A stretch of 63,948 nt of DNA, the filler included, from Octopus bimaculoides (Eukaryota): assembly GCF_001194135.2 (NCBI RefSeq). It is 6 parts of 6 records of this genome, joined end to end, with 100 filler letters (N's around TTAATTAATTAA, not from the genome) between each part and the next. Parts side by side here need not be neighbours in the genome. Positions count along the whole stretch, not along the records: positions 1 to 24,135 come from NC_069010.1; positions 24,236 to 42,997 come from NC_068982.1; 4 more parts are not named here. One strand, 5' to 3'. The notes below the pieces were generated by a model. That model did no database searches. It was not told the DNA's origin and saw nothing but the letters and a program-made list of their open reading frames with translations. The translations under genes were made by a program, and so were the position numbers. Positions 23,073-35,762 of the stretch are shown piece by piece (position 1 is the first letter of the stretch; every line of letters starts with the position of its first letter).

Positions 23073-23884
23073 GATCTTTCTGAATTGACGGGCGCCACTT
23101 TTTATTTATGTTTTATTTAGTGTGTTTTCTACCGAAACACTTTAAAATTTCCTATACTTGTATATTTTGTGTTATAGAACAGATAAAAAATTTCATATTC
23201 GAAGTTATTTCATGTAAAAAAATTTCGTATTTCGGTAATTTCAACCAATCACTGACGTCTATTGAAGTGAAAACAATTACTGCTATGGATTGTAAACAAA
23301 ACGTTGTGCGGTGTAATGAGATCTTTTCCCTTGAATAAAATTAGTGCCGTTGTTTGTCAACAACAACTATCGGTGGTACTGTTATTTATAACATCGTTCG
23401 TGCGTTTGTACTGGTTTTAGCTTTAGGATTTTAGGGCTAGGGTTCGGCTTTTAGAGTTAGGGTTAGTTTTAGGGTTAGGGTTAGGGTTGGGGTTATGATT
23501 ATTTTTCCTATAACCTAACTCATAACCCTAAACCTAACCCTAAAACCCTAACCCTAACCCTAACTCTAAAACCCGAACCCTAACTCTAAAACCCTAAACC
23601 CTTACTAGGGAATAACGATATAATTACCAGGGAGTAACGATCCTGAGACCGGCAAAAATTATTGTTTACAAAAACAGCAATAACTGTATTTAGCTGAATA
23701 GACGTCAGTGATTGGTTGAAATTACAAAAATACGACAACTTTAACATGAAATAACTTGCAATATCGAAAGTTTTGTTAAGAGTCTAGGAGAAAAAGATGC
23801 TTTATATGACACATTCTACCAGTATCCCAAGCTTGAAAGTGTTTCGTTCAGAAAAAAAGTGGCGCCCGTCAATTCAGAAAGATC
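23073..23884. mobile_element. Palindromic MITE with internal inverted telomere-like repeats
   Basis: 31-bp perfect TIR GATCTTTCTGAATTGACGGGCGCCACTTTTT (23073-23103 and 23854-23884); internal inverted pair about 23200-23275 and 23695-23760; degenerate (TTAGGG)n 23417-23495 facing (CCCTAA)n 23508-23605. Confidence 0.75.
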
Positions 23885-24135
23885 TCTAGGACGTTTCTAG
23901 TTGCTGGGGGCAAATAATTACTCCTAAACCTATGCTGTTTGCGTGGTAGAATTAATGGTGTTGAGTTCATCCATTTTTCATATACTCCTGCCTTATTAAG
24001 TATGTGTTTCAAGAGGAAAATATTCTAGCGTTTAGGTCTTTGAGCCAAATATGGCTAATGCGGTTTTTTAATTAAATGTGCTGACATTCTAATATTTTCA
24101 TTATGGTTTTGGTATTTTGGTGATGTTTCTTTCTT

Positions 24136-24235
24136 NNNNNNNNNNNNNNNNNNNNNNNNNNNNNNNNNNNNNNNNNNNNTTAATTAATTAANNNNNNNNN
24201 NNNNNNNNNNNNNNNNNNNNNNNNNNNNNNNNNNN
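24136..24235. other. Assembly spacer N44-TTAATTAATTAA-N44 (also 42998-43097, 53757-53856, 60254-60353, 61907-62006)
   Basis: Five identical 100-bp N blocks with a central six-frame-stop 12-mer; artificial joins. Confidence 0.9.
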
Positions 24236-24760
24236 TGCAGAGAAATGTTCTACCCAACGCTTATGAATAGAAGCGGTGTCAGTCAGAAGAAAACATCCAT
24301 CTTCTGTTCTCACCGGAGCTACTGAAGAAGATTTTGGACCATATACCTCCCTAACATAAGAATACAAACAACTGGCATCATTTCTATCAGCTGCTTCTTG
24401 TGCCCCTTTTGCCCTATCATTCCACCATTCCTGTTTAATTTTCCTTAGAGCAGTTTGCACCCTCCTTTTCAGCTTTCTGTAAGTTTCATTTGAGTTGGGA
24501 TTCAATGACTGAGAGAGCAGTGTATTGCCTAAGTTTTGTTTTTCTAAGGATTACGGTTGGACAGTTATTTTCTCATCGCTACAATTGTTTCGACGCAACG
24601 TAGTTCTCCAAGAATACAGGTATTTGATTATGCAACTGTTTGTTTGCATAATGAGATTTAGTTGTGTTTCCTCAGGCGATATGCGAGTGTTGTCTCTGTT
24701 AGTTTAAAATCGTCGACTTCAAGTCCATCCCCTTCCTCTGTCGAGGTTTGAATTTAGTAG
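24236..24760 (-). mobile_element. RTE/BovB-like LINE internal fragment
   Basis: RKIKQEWWNDRAKGAQEAADRND...VREVYGPK...IHKRWVEHF, typical of the RTE EN-RT linker. Confidence 0.75.
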
Positions 24761-24939
24761 CGGTTGATAGACTCATGTTGTGTGCTGCCAGAGTACGTTT
24801 GGCAGACTGCTATGAACGGTAGTAGATGGCTATTTTGGTACTGGCTGGCATTTGAATGGGATCGGTATTTCATTTGGTTGTATAGATCGCTAGCCACTAC
24901 ACATTCTTTTTTTTTCTCTCCTTGTTTCTTTCTGTGTTC

Positions 24940-24975
24940 CTTTCTGTGGAAGAGCGTAGGCTCGAAACGTTAAAG
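24940..24975 (+). ncRNA. Hammerhead-like motif with non-canonical core
   Basis: Stem I CUUU/AAAG; core CUGUGGA (A6 replaced by U) plus extra A; stem II GAGC-GUAG-GCUC; GAAAC-GUU with palindrome AACGUU. Confidence 0.4.
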
Positions 24976-25250
24976 ACTTTTTCACTTCCCGAGCGTTAGA
25001 CCAATATACCCGTTTGTTGNNNNNNNNNNTGTGTGTGTCTGAGTAATTGCTTCTGTTGCAATTAGTTTTTTTATTACTGTTGCTGTCTTCTTCTTCTCTC
25101 TTCATCTATCTATCTATCTATCACTTTTCTCTTTTCTTGTTAATTTCTCATTGCAATCATAATTTTCTTCTTTGATCCATCACAAAAAGAGACACATGAC
25201 TTGGCGTTCCATAAATTAAGATACGTTGATACATTCAAATGCATGCACAA

Positions 25251-25339
<89 letters not shown>

Positions 25340-25359
25340 TGTGTATGTATACATATATT

Positions 25360-25572
25360 AGCTTCAAATTTTGGTTCAAGGTCAACAAATTCTGGGGAGC
25401 GGATTAAGTCGATTACGTTGACCTCAGAACTCAAGTGGTACTTATTTTATCGATCCCGAAAGGATGAAAAGCAAAGTCGACATCGATGGAATTTGGACTC
25501 AAAACGTAAAGACAGACGAAATGCCGCTAAGCATTTTGCATGGCATGCTTACAATTCCGCCAGCTCGCAGCC
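25360..25572 (-). mobile_element. Second SINE family (GGCGAGCTGG...GCTTAGCGGCATTTCGTC...GAGTTCAAATTCC)
   Basis: Cleaner copy at 27635-27793(-); degenerate pieces make up most introns of the 1.9-9.3 kb array and 33310-33480(+). Confidence 0.7.
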
Positions 25573-25804
25573 TTTTGTGTATATATGCATATATTAACGC
25601 TTGTTTTTATGTCAAGTTATATAAAAAAAATAATTTAATATTAAAATGACGGGTTACTCAATCCTTTTTAATGGAGCTCAAAGTTTATTACCTTTTACAG
25701 CAGTCTTGAGCAGATCTTGTCAGATGATAACCGTCTCATATTCAGCCTGGTTGTTCTGACTTACTTTCATCTTTGCATTGTCTGTGCTTTGATATCCATC
25801 GTAA

Positions 25805-26135
25805 GAAGACTTTCTGGCACTCCGTCGCTTACGAGGACGTAGGTTCCAGTTGATCCGATCAACGGAACAGCTTGCTCGAGAAATTAACATGCAAGGGGAT
25901 GAGCACTCCGCAGATACATGTACTCTTAACGGAGTTCTCAGGGAGATTCAGCGTGACACAGAATGTTATAAGGCTAGCCTTTCGAAATACAGGTACTACA
26001 CATTTTTGCCAGCAGAGTAGAGTGGAGCAACGTCAAATAAAGTGTCTTGCTCAAGGCCACAATGCGTCGTCGAGAATGGAACTCACGACCTTACGATCGC
26101 GAGCTGAATAGCCTAGCCACTAAGCTACACGCCTT
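25805..26135 (-). mobile_element. Third SINE family (tRNA-like head GGCCCAGTGGTTAG, RTE-like tail)
   Basis: Homologous copies at 30357-30715(+) and 58155-58465(+) share GGTACACGTGTCTGTGGAGTGCTCAGCCACTTGCA. Confidence 0.7.
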
Positions 26136-29100
26136 TATAAAATAGAAAACGGGTCAAGAAAGGAAACGACTGTGAAACATTTTTACGTCAATGGATTTAA
26201 ATGACGTACAGCAGTCTTTCCATTCTCTTGCTTTCCATTTGCAGGTTCCATAGAGAAACGTTACAAGATGATTGGTACTATTTTGGCTGCAAATTTTATG
26301 TCAGAGTATCGTTCTCCTAGAAAAATTGCCGTCCCCACGGCTTTGTCAAAAATAACGGGAGCCTCCTCTGCTCCTAGGAAATCTATTTGATCCATTGATG
26401 TGTCCCTGACAGATACTACTGTTCCGGGTCAGAACTAACCTAGGATTAATGGTTATTAGAGGATGATGATTCCACGCTCCCCCACAACTCAGCTCTCGAA
26501 CTGGAGCCTTAGTACCGGGTACAGTTTAATGTCGTACCCAGGTTTTGATTTTTATTCGTGTTTGGTGCTCGTACACACTCCGGTCAGTAAGCATATGATA
26601 GCATTGTTAGTAACAGAAACTAAACCCAACTATTATATACATACGCACATACACACATACATAGACACACACACATACATACATACATACATACATAATA
26701 CATACATACATACACACCCTGCTGTTGATGTGAAAATTCCAATGAAGGAGCCTTGGATCTAGATTAGAAACCGGCTCTTTCTCTTTTAGCAAGAAATCAA
26801 AATAAAACTGAATGATGACGTACATACATACATACATACATACGTATAAATATTTGTCTGTGTGTATAAAACTTTTGTTTGTTTCAACTAAATATACAAC
26901 TACAAGAGTTAACTTGACATGTAATTACAATCATAGACAACTCTTTATATTAAAAGCCAACTCACAGTAAGAAGGAACTAAGTATTTACTTGTCTTCTCA
27001 AACTACACAACACCCTGCTTATTTCCTACTCTCAACAGAGATATGTAGAATGGATAAGCCTTTTCGCAGTAACTCTCAGCATTGGTACAAGACCCCTGCC
27101 ATCTCAGAGGGGGATATATTAAATCTATTACATCTATAGACACCATACACAAATTACATAAAATTTATGCAATCGATTCAGTTTTCCCTATCTTTCTGGA
27201 CTAACGTGCTACTATATAACACTATCTTTTCAACTTGTGCTCTCCTTTCTCCTGAATACCAATTAAGTCATCTAACTTCCAAAGTTGTTTCCATAGCATT
27301 TCCATTTTGGTCTTGGGCTTTTCTGCACCCAGAACCAGTCCTGTATAGAATCAAACATTGGAGTAACTTCCATTCAAGTGGTGTCTGTTTCCTTCCTTGG
27401 ATTTAGTTGCAGTTGGTGCTGTCCTTCACCTATCTTAAAGGGTTTTTGGTTTTTACTCTTGCTGGATGCTCGCACACACTCTGAATAATAAGTGATAGCA
27501 TAGTAATAGATACCAACCATCGCCATTTTGTACATACATACATGCATGCATATATACATACATACATACAGATAAATAGAGACATAAATACATGGTAAAT
27601 AGATATGTACATACATGCACACATATATACATGTACATCGATCCCAGTGCGTAACTGGTATTTAATTTATCGACCCTAAAAGGATGAAAGGCAAAGTCGA
27701 CCTCGGCGGAATTTGAACTCAGAACGTAACTGCAGACGAAATGCCTCTAAGCATTTTGCCCGGCATGCTAACGTTTCTGCCAGCTCGCCGCCTTTGTACT
27801 ATGTTTATATTATAAATTATATGTACTAGAATGATGTCAAAAGTTTTGCTGGTTCATTAACTGTTTTAATGTATACCTACCCGCTCAGTGATAAACCACT
27901 TCTATCCGCCATGAATAGGAGGCAATTTCAGCACCACACATTTTTGTTGTAGTTGCAGACGGGGTTTTAGTGGTAAACCAAAGTGAGCACTCACAGTACA
28001 TACTTATTACATTGTCAAATGACGTAATGAAATAAAAATGGTCAATTTTATGCCTATATATATACATATACATAGATATAAGTACATATATGTTGAGAGA
28101 GATTGAGAAAGAGAGACAGACAGACAGACAGATGTATGTATCCTTTGTAGTAGACATATAAGCAGAGCAAATTTATCTCTGTAGGCGGAAAAAAGTAGCC
28201 AACCAGTTTATATACACAACAAATCTAGTAACTTCAGAGAACTGGAGCCACTAATTAACATACTATAAGTATTTACCACCTTATTTAATATCAGTGTCCA
28301 CTCAACACTTCAGAGAACTGGAGCCACTAATTAGCATACTCACCTTATTTAAAATCAGTGTCCACTCAACACATACACATGCACGCACATACAAATACAT
28401 ATATGTATATTTACACACACACACACACAGATACACACATACACAGACACGCACATATAATTAACCAGAATCAAAATTCTACTTTCAGTTAGGATTCAAT
28501 TTTTTTTAGTTAATGCATGTTTTTAATTTGTTAAGTAAGTACATATATATATATATATAGACATGCACTCACATACACACATATGTATGTATGTATCAAA
28601 TGGCAATCTTTATATCCTACTTAACGGGAATGTATTATTAAAACGTCGTATTTGTATTACAGAGATATTCGTCTCTAATATAGACGTACAGAGCCAAAAG
28701 CACAGACATATATCGTTAGTAAAGAATTGTCTGGCATGAGCACCGGAACTGGTAGATCGCATGATTTCGGTGAACATGCGCTTCTTCTGTGATATGTGTC
28801 TTTCGTTGCAGGTCAGCCAAATCTCACTGCCAATAATATATAGAATAACAGTGACTGTTCAGTCACTGGTGATGCAAATAGCCAGAAAGCTTTAAAAAGA
28901 AATAAATACTTGTGACGGAAAACGTACTTATACCAAATGGCATTCTTTATGCCCTACTTAACGTGAATGTATCATTCGATCGCCGTGTTCGCTTTGAGAG
29001 ACTCTCTCATATAGACTTACATTGCTAAGAGCACAAGCAAATGTCAGTGGCAGGCGAGCGCTCTGTTATTTTATATATTATTGGCAGTGATTTGGCTGGC

Positions 29101-29352
29101 ATGCAACGAGCAAATGCCTGCTACTGAGGAAGTGCAAGTACGCTGAAATCACATGATCTGGCTGTTCCAGTGCCCATGGCGAATGGTTTCATCTGCTAAC
29201 GATATGTTTCTGTGTCCTTAACACAGTAGTTCTATATGACAGGATCTCTCGAGGTGAGTACCGCATTGATACAGTATTCTAACCCATATTAAGTAGAATA
29301 TGAAGATAACCATTCTGTCTTAATACTGCTTCTGTTGCTAATATATATGTGG

Positions 29353-29397
<45 letters not shown>

Positions 29398-29398
<1 letters not shown>

Positions 29399-31670
29399 TA
29401 GCAGAGACACCCGGCGTTGCTTGGGATTAAAATGGCATAGTTTGTATATAATATATTACAGTTATGTTGAAACAGGTGATATGGGAAAGTGCATTTGTGG
29501 AGTAAATGATGGGCTAATTCGACTAAGCAACATGTTATGCGTCTGTTTGGAGTATTTCAGGCCCTAACCTGTGGAGGTTATGTGATTTTTGAACGCACCG
29601 AGAAGTTATGAATGGATATACTCTATTTTGCAGCAGTCGGCGCTGTCTAACACGACCCATCATCTAAAATGTTGACCTCCTTCGGGTTTGGTGTCCTACA
29701 CCACTCACAAAGTAAATTTGGAGGAACTGTGGTTGTTTATTTGTGAGTAACAGTGAACCAAATAGGTGATAGATAGACTTGCCTTTGAACTTTGACGTCG
29801 TCGTAAATTCATGTTTATCTATCTTCTTAGATGCACCAAACGATGTCATTTGCAGAGTTGTATTGTTTGATATTGTTCAGAAAATCATTTGACTGGATGG
29901 AAATGTCTTCTAGAAGATCCGTAAGAGGTTGAGAATGAGCTGGTAGTGCTGGCAATGGAACCTGACCGTCTGAGCACCACATACCACTTGTTTCATTTGA
30001 AAATTTTAAAACTCTACCGAAAAAACAATTTGTGTTTAGCACACCAATTTGGACAGAGTTATTATTTTTATAAGAATAGGATGGATCATATCTGAAAACA
30101 GCTTCAGGAGTTGTAAAGAACGAATTTGTACTTAGTCTGTTTCTGAGAGCTATTCTATTGGACCTCTGTCTAATCATTAAAACATTGATTTAATGATCCA
30201 GCATTAAGTGCTGCAACATGCATTTGCTAATGTTGAGAAAATCTCATCTAGCCTTTCTCTTCAAACTCTCGCCTTTGGTTTTCTACAATCCTCCTTGCTT
30301 TATACTTGTTTCTGGAGAGATTACGTCTTTTCTTTGGTGGCATATTTTTCCCAATGTGGAGGCGCAATGGCCCAGTGGTTAGGGCAGCGGACTCGCGGTC
30401 ATAGGATCGCAGTTTCGATTCCCAGACCAGGCGTTGTGAGTGTTTATTGAGCGAAAACACCTAAAGCTCCACGAGGCTCCGGCAGGGGATGGTGGCGAAC
30501 CCTGCTGTACTCTTTCACCACAACTTTCTCTCGCTCTTTCTTCCTGTTGTACCTGTATTTCAAAGAGTCACACTCTGTGTCACGCTGAATATCCCCGAGA
30601 ACTACGTTAAGAGTACACGTGTCTGTGGAGTGCTCAGCCACTTGCACGTTAATTTCACCAACTGGAACCCTCGACGTCGTAAGCGACGGAGTGCCAACAA
30701 CAACAAAATTTTTTCCAATATTGTAAACAAAAAATTATGAACATAGAAAGAAATTACACATTAATCCCTATTTTTGTAAGCAGTTGTATCCGTAAAAAGT
30801 TTTATTTGAAAAGTGCAGAAATTGAAAGAAGATAAAACGAAAAGAACAGAGAAAGAAAGTGAAAAATGTATGTACGTCTATATGAAATGGACGTGCGTGT
30901 GTGTGTGTGTCTGTATGTGAAACAGAAAGAGGGTGATAAAGAGAGATAGAGTGAGTGAGTGGAGGTGTGTATCGTGAAGATTGACATATTTTAAGGTACA
31001 CACACATATAGAAAATGTGACGTCATCGTATAAAATTTTTACGATAGTTTATTTATGGAAAAGATTATGCTAAACTTTTGAAATGCAAACATGTGAATGA
31101 AAATTAAGTTTAATTTGTAGCCAAAATAGTACTGAATCTTTTGATACCCCATACGTCAAAATCTGTAACTCGGTTTTGGAAAGCAAAAGGAATATACAAT
31201 AGGCAGACCTCTACATGGTAGCTAGACCTGGTAGAAATAGCAGCTAAATCTCTCTCAAAACATCCTACTGTCTTAATCCGACAATTCTACCTATTATGTA
31301 GTTTGAATGAGAAACTATAACTAAAGATTAAGATTATCAACCACACACAGAGAGGAAAGCAGAGAGACAGCATAGCGACGGTTTTGGCTGATTGTCATCC
31401 TGTACTCCCTTTGTTGCTAGCGAAATGGTATATGCCGGCTGTCTGAGCAACTGGTTGTTTTAATGGCGGAACATACAGGACATTAAAGATTACAAAAATA
31501 GCGATTCTCACTTTGAAACTAATGATTTTGAAAATCTTATTAAATTACAGGACGCCCAGCTCTCCCCTGTATCCATGTTTAAAATTTCGGTGCAATCGGA
31601 TGAACAATACTCGAGTTATAAGCGCACAAACAGACAGACAGACAGACGGAACGGATTTTATATATTAAGA
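29398..31670 (-). mobile_element. Internally deleted Helitron with Rep N-terminal remnant, interrupted by a SINE
   Basis: 5' TCTTAATATATAAAA at 31670; 3' hairpin CCCAAGCAACGCCGGG then CTAG at 29398-29401; peptides MPPKKRRNLSR, FRYDP...KFSNETSGMWCSDGQV and MTSFGA...IYHLFGSLL...FLQIYF are Helitron Rep motifs. Confidence 0.85.
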
Positions 31671-32634
31671 CATATATATATACACACACACACACACTCA
31701 CACAGCCGCACGCACGCACACACACGCACATATATATATATTTTAGCAACAGAAGGATCTTTTCCTTATGTATGTATATATATATATATATATATATATN
31801 NNNNNNNNNNNNNNNNNNNNNNNNNNNNNNNNNNNNNNNNNNNNNNNNNNNNNNNNNNNNNNNNNNNNNNNNNNNNNNNNNNNNNNNNNNNNNNNNNNNN
31901 NNNNNNNNNNNNNNNNNNNNNNNNNNNNNNNNNNNNNNNNNNNNNNNNNNNNNNNNNNNNNNNNNNNNNNNNNNNNNNNNNNNNNNNNNNNNNNNNNNNN
32001 NNNNNNNNNNNNNNNNNNNNNNNNNNNNNNNNNNNNNNNNNNNNNNNNNNNNNNNNNNNNNNNNNNNNNNNNNNNNNNNNNNNNNNNNNNNNNNNNNNNN
32101 NNNNNNNNNNNNNNNNNNNNNNNNNNNNNNNNNNNNNNNNNNNNNNNNNNNNNNNNNNNNNNNNNNNNNNNNNNNNNNNNNNNNNNNNNNNNNNNNNNNN
32201 NNNNNNNNNNNNNNNNNNNNNNNNNNNNNNNNNNNNNNNNNNNNNNNNNNNNNNNNNNNNNNNNNNNNNNNNNNNNNNNNNNNNNNNNNNNNNNNNNNNN
32301 NNNNNNNNNNNNNNNNNNNNNNNNNNNNNNNNNNNNNNNNNNNNNNNNNNNNNNNNNNNNNNNNNNNNNNNNNNNNNNNNNNNNNNNNNNNNNNNNNNNN
32401 NNNNNNNNNNNNNNNNNNNNNNNNNNNNNNNNNNNNNNNNNNNNNNNNNNNNNNNNNNNNNNNNNNNNNNNNNNNNNNNNNNNNNNNNNNNNNNNNNNNN
32501 NNNNNNNNNNNNNNNNNNNNNNNNNNNNNNNNNNNNNNNNNNNNNNNNNNNNNNNNNNNNNNNNATATATATTCATATTTATATTTATTATATTTATATT
32601 TATGATATATATTTACGTCTTTTTTTCTTTATAG

Positions 32635-32834
32635 CCTACAGTGAAGTATATTTGGTTAATAGCAATTATCAGAGGCCTGATCTGTTTTCCATTCTTCATG
32701 TTTTGCAACTATTTACCAGAACAGCGGACATTTCCTGTGTACTTCTCAAATGATTATGTGTATATTATTGGCATTGTATTACTTGCCTCAACCAATGCTC
32801 ACTTTACGACGCTAGCTTTCCAATATGGGCCAAC
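32635..32834 (+). CDS. SLC29A-like: Equilibrative nucleoside transporter (SLC29/ENT family), penultimate exon (TM9-TM10)
   Basis: tttcttttatAG|CCT...CCAAC|GTaagt, 200 nt, phase 0 to 2; PTVKYIWLIAIIRGLICFPFFMFCNYLPEQRTFPVYFSNDYVYIIGIVLLASTNAHFTTLAFQYGP fits the ENT pattern R..F.P....CN.......VF..D.........SNGY...L...GP. Confidence 0.85.
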
Positions 32835-34235
32835 GTAAGTATATTTTATGGTCTTTACTTTCTTCCATGTTCTTTTCCCATTTAATAATTACTAATAGTT
32901 AAGGTCCTTATTTTATAGCCATGACTGTGCGCTGTCGTTGAGCCTTATCTAACTAAAGTATATGATGTCTCTTCGATTTGACTATTGCTAAGGAAGAAAT
33001 AGATATCTGTCGGGAGATATACTGTAGGAGTATTGTATGAGGAAAACAAAATATTTTGAACGATTAAGCGACGTTAGTAAGGGGATTTCATCTCATGCAT
33101 CCGTGTCTGTTTTGAAAAGATGCTATTTCAAATGAGAAAGAGGAACAGTTACCGTTTGCTTAAAACTACACATAAATTCGTGTATGTCCAACTTCTAATC
33201 AGTTATTAAGTATAGTTTGTTCTCTTTTGAATAGATCACACATTGTATAACCAAGATCAGAAAAAAATTGGGGATCCGGTTGTAGCAATTTTTTTTTATT
33301 ATTACGTCATAAATTAAGGAGGCAAGCACACTGCACAAAATGTTACGCGGGTTCAATTTCCGCCGAGATTGACTTTGCCAATCAGACCTTCGGGGTCAAT
33401 AAAGCAACTACCAGTTGAGTACGAGGGTCGAAGTAATCGATTAACCCCGCCCCAAACATTCGGATATGTGCCTATAGTAGAGAGAATTATTACGTCATGA
33501 ATTGCATAATTTTGCACATTTTTACTCACGTATACTAGTATTCCATGTGGAAATTCTTACAAAGATGGTCGATCAGTTCAAAGTTGGATCTGTCTACGAA
33601 TGTTGATAACTAACACTGGATTACATTTTTGTTTTCTTCTGATGCTCCGAAGTAAGGGTGATTAAGCAAGTGTCTTTGTAACGATTATCGTACAATATTC
33701 TTGTTTACATACACTAGTGAAACACGTGTAAAGATTATGCAAACTATGACATAATAATAAAAAGCTTTGTTGCAACCAAAGTTTTACTTTCATTCTGATT
33801 TTGGATATACATATGTGTATATGCAAATACATATATGTGTATATGCATATACATATGTATATGTGTATCAAGAACATATATAAAAATAATTCTTTTGACG
33901 TGAGGGAATTATTGGATCTTGAAGAAGAAAACTTACATATATTAGTGTGTAAATACTGGATTTAAAAAAAAAACCTTTCGATAGAAAAAGTCTCAGGCTG
34001 TCGATAGAATTCGAAATAACATCTTTTTTAAACATACCAGGCGTTCTACCATTGAACCAGAGCAAGCTCGAATTTCTCTGTCCATTTGAAAAACTTCATT
34101 CTGAACACTGAGAATTGTACGTTGCTGACATCACAAGAATTTTGGAAATTTCCACAGCACATGGAATAATTCTTTTTTAGAACGTTAGATCTTGAAGCAG
34201 ATAAGTTATAAATAATAGCGCACGCGTATGTATAT

Positions 34236-34291
<56 letters not shown>

Positions 34292-35024
34292 NNNNNNNNN
34301 NNNNNNNNNNNNNNNNNNNNNNNNNNNNNNNNNNNNNNNNNNNNNNNNNNNNNNNNNNNNNNNNNNNNNNNNNNNNNNNNNNNNNNNNNNNNNNNNNNNN
34401 NNNNNNNNNNNNNNNNNNNNNNNNNNNNNNNNNNNNNNNNNNNNNNNNNNNNNNNNNNNNNNNNNNNNNNNNNNNNNNNNNNNNNNNNNNNNNNNNNNNN
34501 NNNNNNNNNNNNNNNNNNNNNNNNNNNNNNNNNNNNNNNNNNNNNNNNNNNNNNNNNNNNNNNNNNNNNNNNNNNNNNNNNNNNNNNNNNNNNNNNNNNN
34601 NNNNNNNNNNNNNNNNNNNNNNNNNNNNNNNNNNNNNNNNNNNNNNNNNNNNNNNNNNNNNNNNNNNNNNNNNNNNNNNNNNNNNNNNNNNNNNNNNNNN
34701 NNNNNNNNNNNNNNNNNNNNNNNNNNNNNNNNNNNNNNNNNNNNNNNNNNNNNNNNNNNNNNNNNNNNNNNNNNNNNNNNNNNNNNNNNNNNNNNNNNNN
34801 NNNNNNNNNNNNNNNNNNNNNNNNNNNNNNNNNNNNNNNNNNNNNNNNNNNNNNNNNNNNNNNNNNNNNNNNNNNNNNNNNNNNNNNNNNNNNNNNNNNN
34901 NNNNNNNNNNNNNNNNNNNNNNNNNNNNNNNNNNNNNNNNNNNNNNNNNNNNNNNNNNNNNNNNNNNNNNNNNNNNNNNNNNNNNNNNNNNNNNNNNNNN
35001 NNNNNNNNNNNNNNNNNNNNNNNN

Positions 35025-35067
<43 letters not shown>

Positions 35068-35079
35068 ACTTTCCAATGT

Positions 35080-35450
35080 AGATTCAATCCATCACTGGAA
35101 CTGTAAAAATCTGTAAAACTTTCCAGAAGTTTATCATTTAAATATATATGAAGATGTTTATTTATGCAACTATATGCATGAGAATGCATACATAAAACAA
35201 TATATACAAATCTGCACATACATACATACATACATACATACATACATACAAGCAAACAAAATACCCTGTTGTTGATGTTGAAATTCCAACGAAGGAACCT
35301 TGGATCTAGGTTAGAAATCGGTTCTTTCTCTATTGGCAAGAAATCTTGAAATAAACTGAATAATGACATACATACATACATACATACATACATACATACA
35401 TACATACATACATACATACATACATACATACATACATGCATGCATGCATA
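35080..35450 (+). repeat. Solo 3' tail of the R4-like LINE with (CATA)n
   Basis: Matches 49975-50290 and 26640-26840 (CTGTTGTTGATGTTGAAATTCCAA..GAAGGA.CCTTGGATCTAG.TTAGAAA). Confidence 0.7.
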
Positions 35451-35596
35451 CATATTGATATATGAATATAGATATAGAAACGGAGAGAGAGAGAGAGAAA
35501 GAAAGAGCGGGGAAAAGAGATGGGGGAGGAAGAGAAAATATTTTTTGTAAATATGAATAATATTTTTCATATCATATATTTATTTCTTCCTATCAG

Positions 35597-35762
35597 GTTG
35601 CTGAAAAGTGATGAAGTTGTAATTGGTGGAATGATGCTGAATATTTTCTTGTATCTTGGAATTCTATCTGGTGGCTTTTTATCATTTTTGTATCCTTACA
35701 TCGTGAAGAACATCGGCAGTTCTACCCTAGTGAATGATGATTCGGATGCGCTGAACTTTTGA
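35597..35762 (+). CDS. SLC29A-like: ENT terminal exon (TM11 and tail)
   Basis: tttcttcctatcAG|G TTG..., phase 2 matches the preceding donor (AC|G = Thr); LLKSDEVVIGGMMLNIFLYLGILSGGFLSFLYPYIVKNIGSSTLVNDDSDALNF* fits ENT TM11 E..G..M..F..LG...G...S.L. Confidence 0.85.

Noticed and set aside
25701-25800. Hydrophobic segment vaguely like ENT TM7
   Set aside because: The resembling frame has two TGA stops and the wrong spacing.
29171-29253. AG...GAG|GTGAGT segment as the missing ENT TM8 exon
   Set aside because: The only open frame is phase 2 to 1 and lacks the FN..D..GR motif; the context looks repeat-derived.
31575-35106. Long ORFs in the track spanning N runs or microsatellites (poly-X, YIYI, HTHT, VRSF)
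   Set aside because: Artefacts of gaps and simple repeats.
3176-35762. TM cassettes as upstream exons of the ENT gene
   Set aside because: The peptides show no ENT motifs, the ENT exon needs a phase 0 donor, and the two lie on different blocks.
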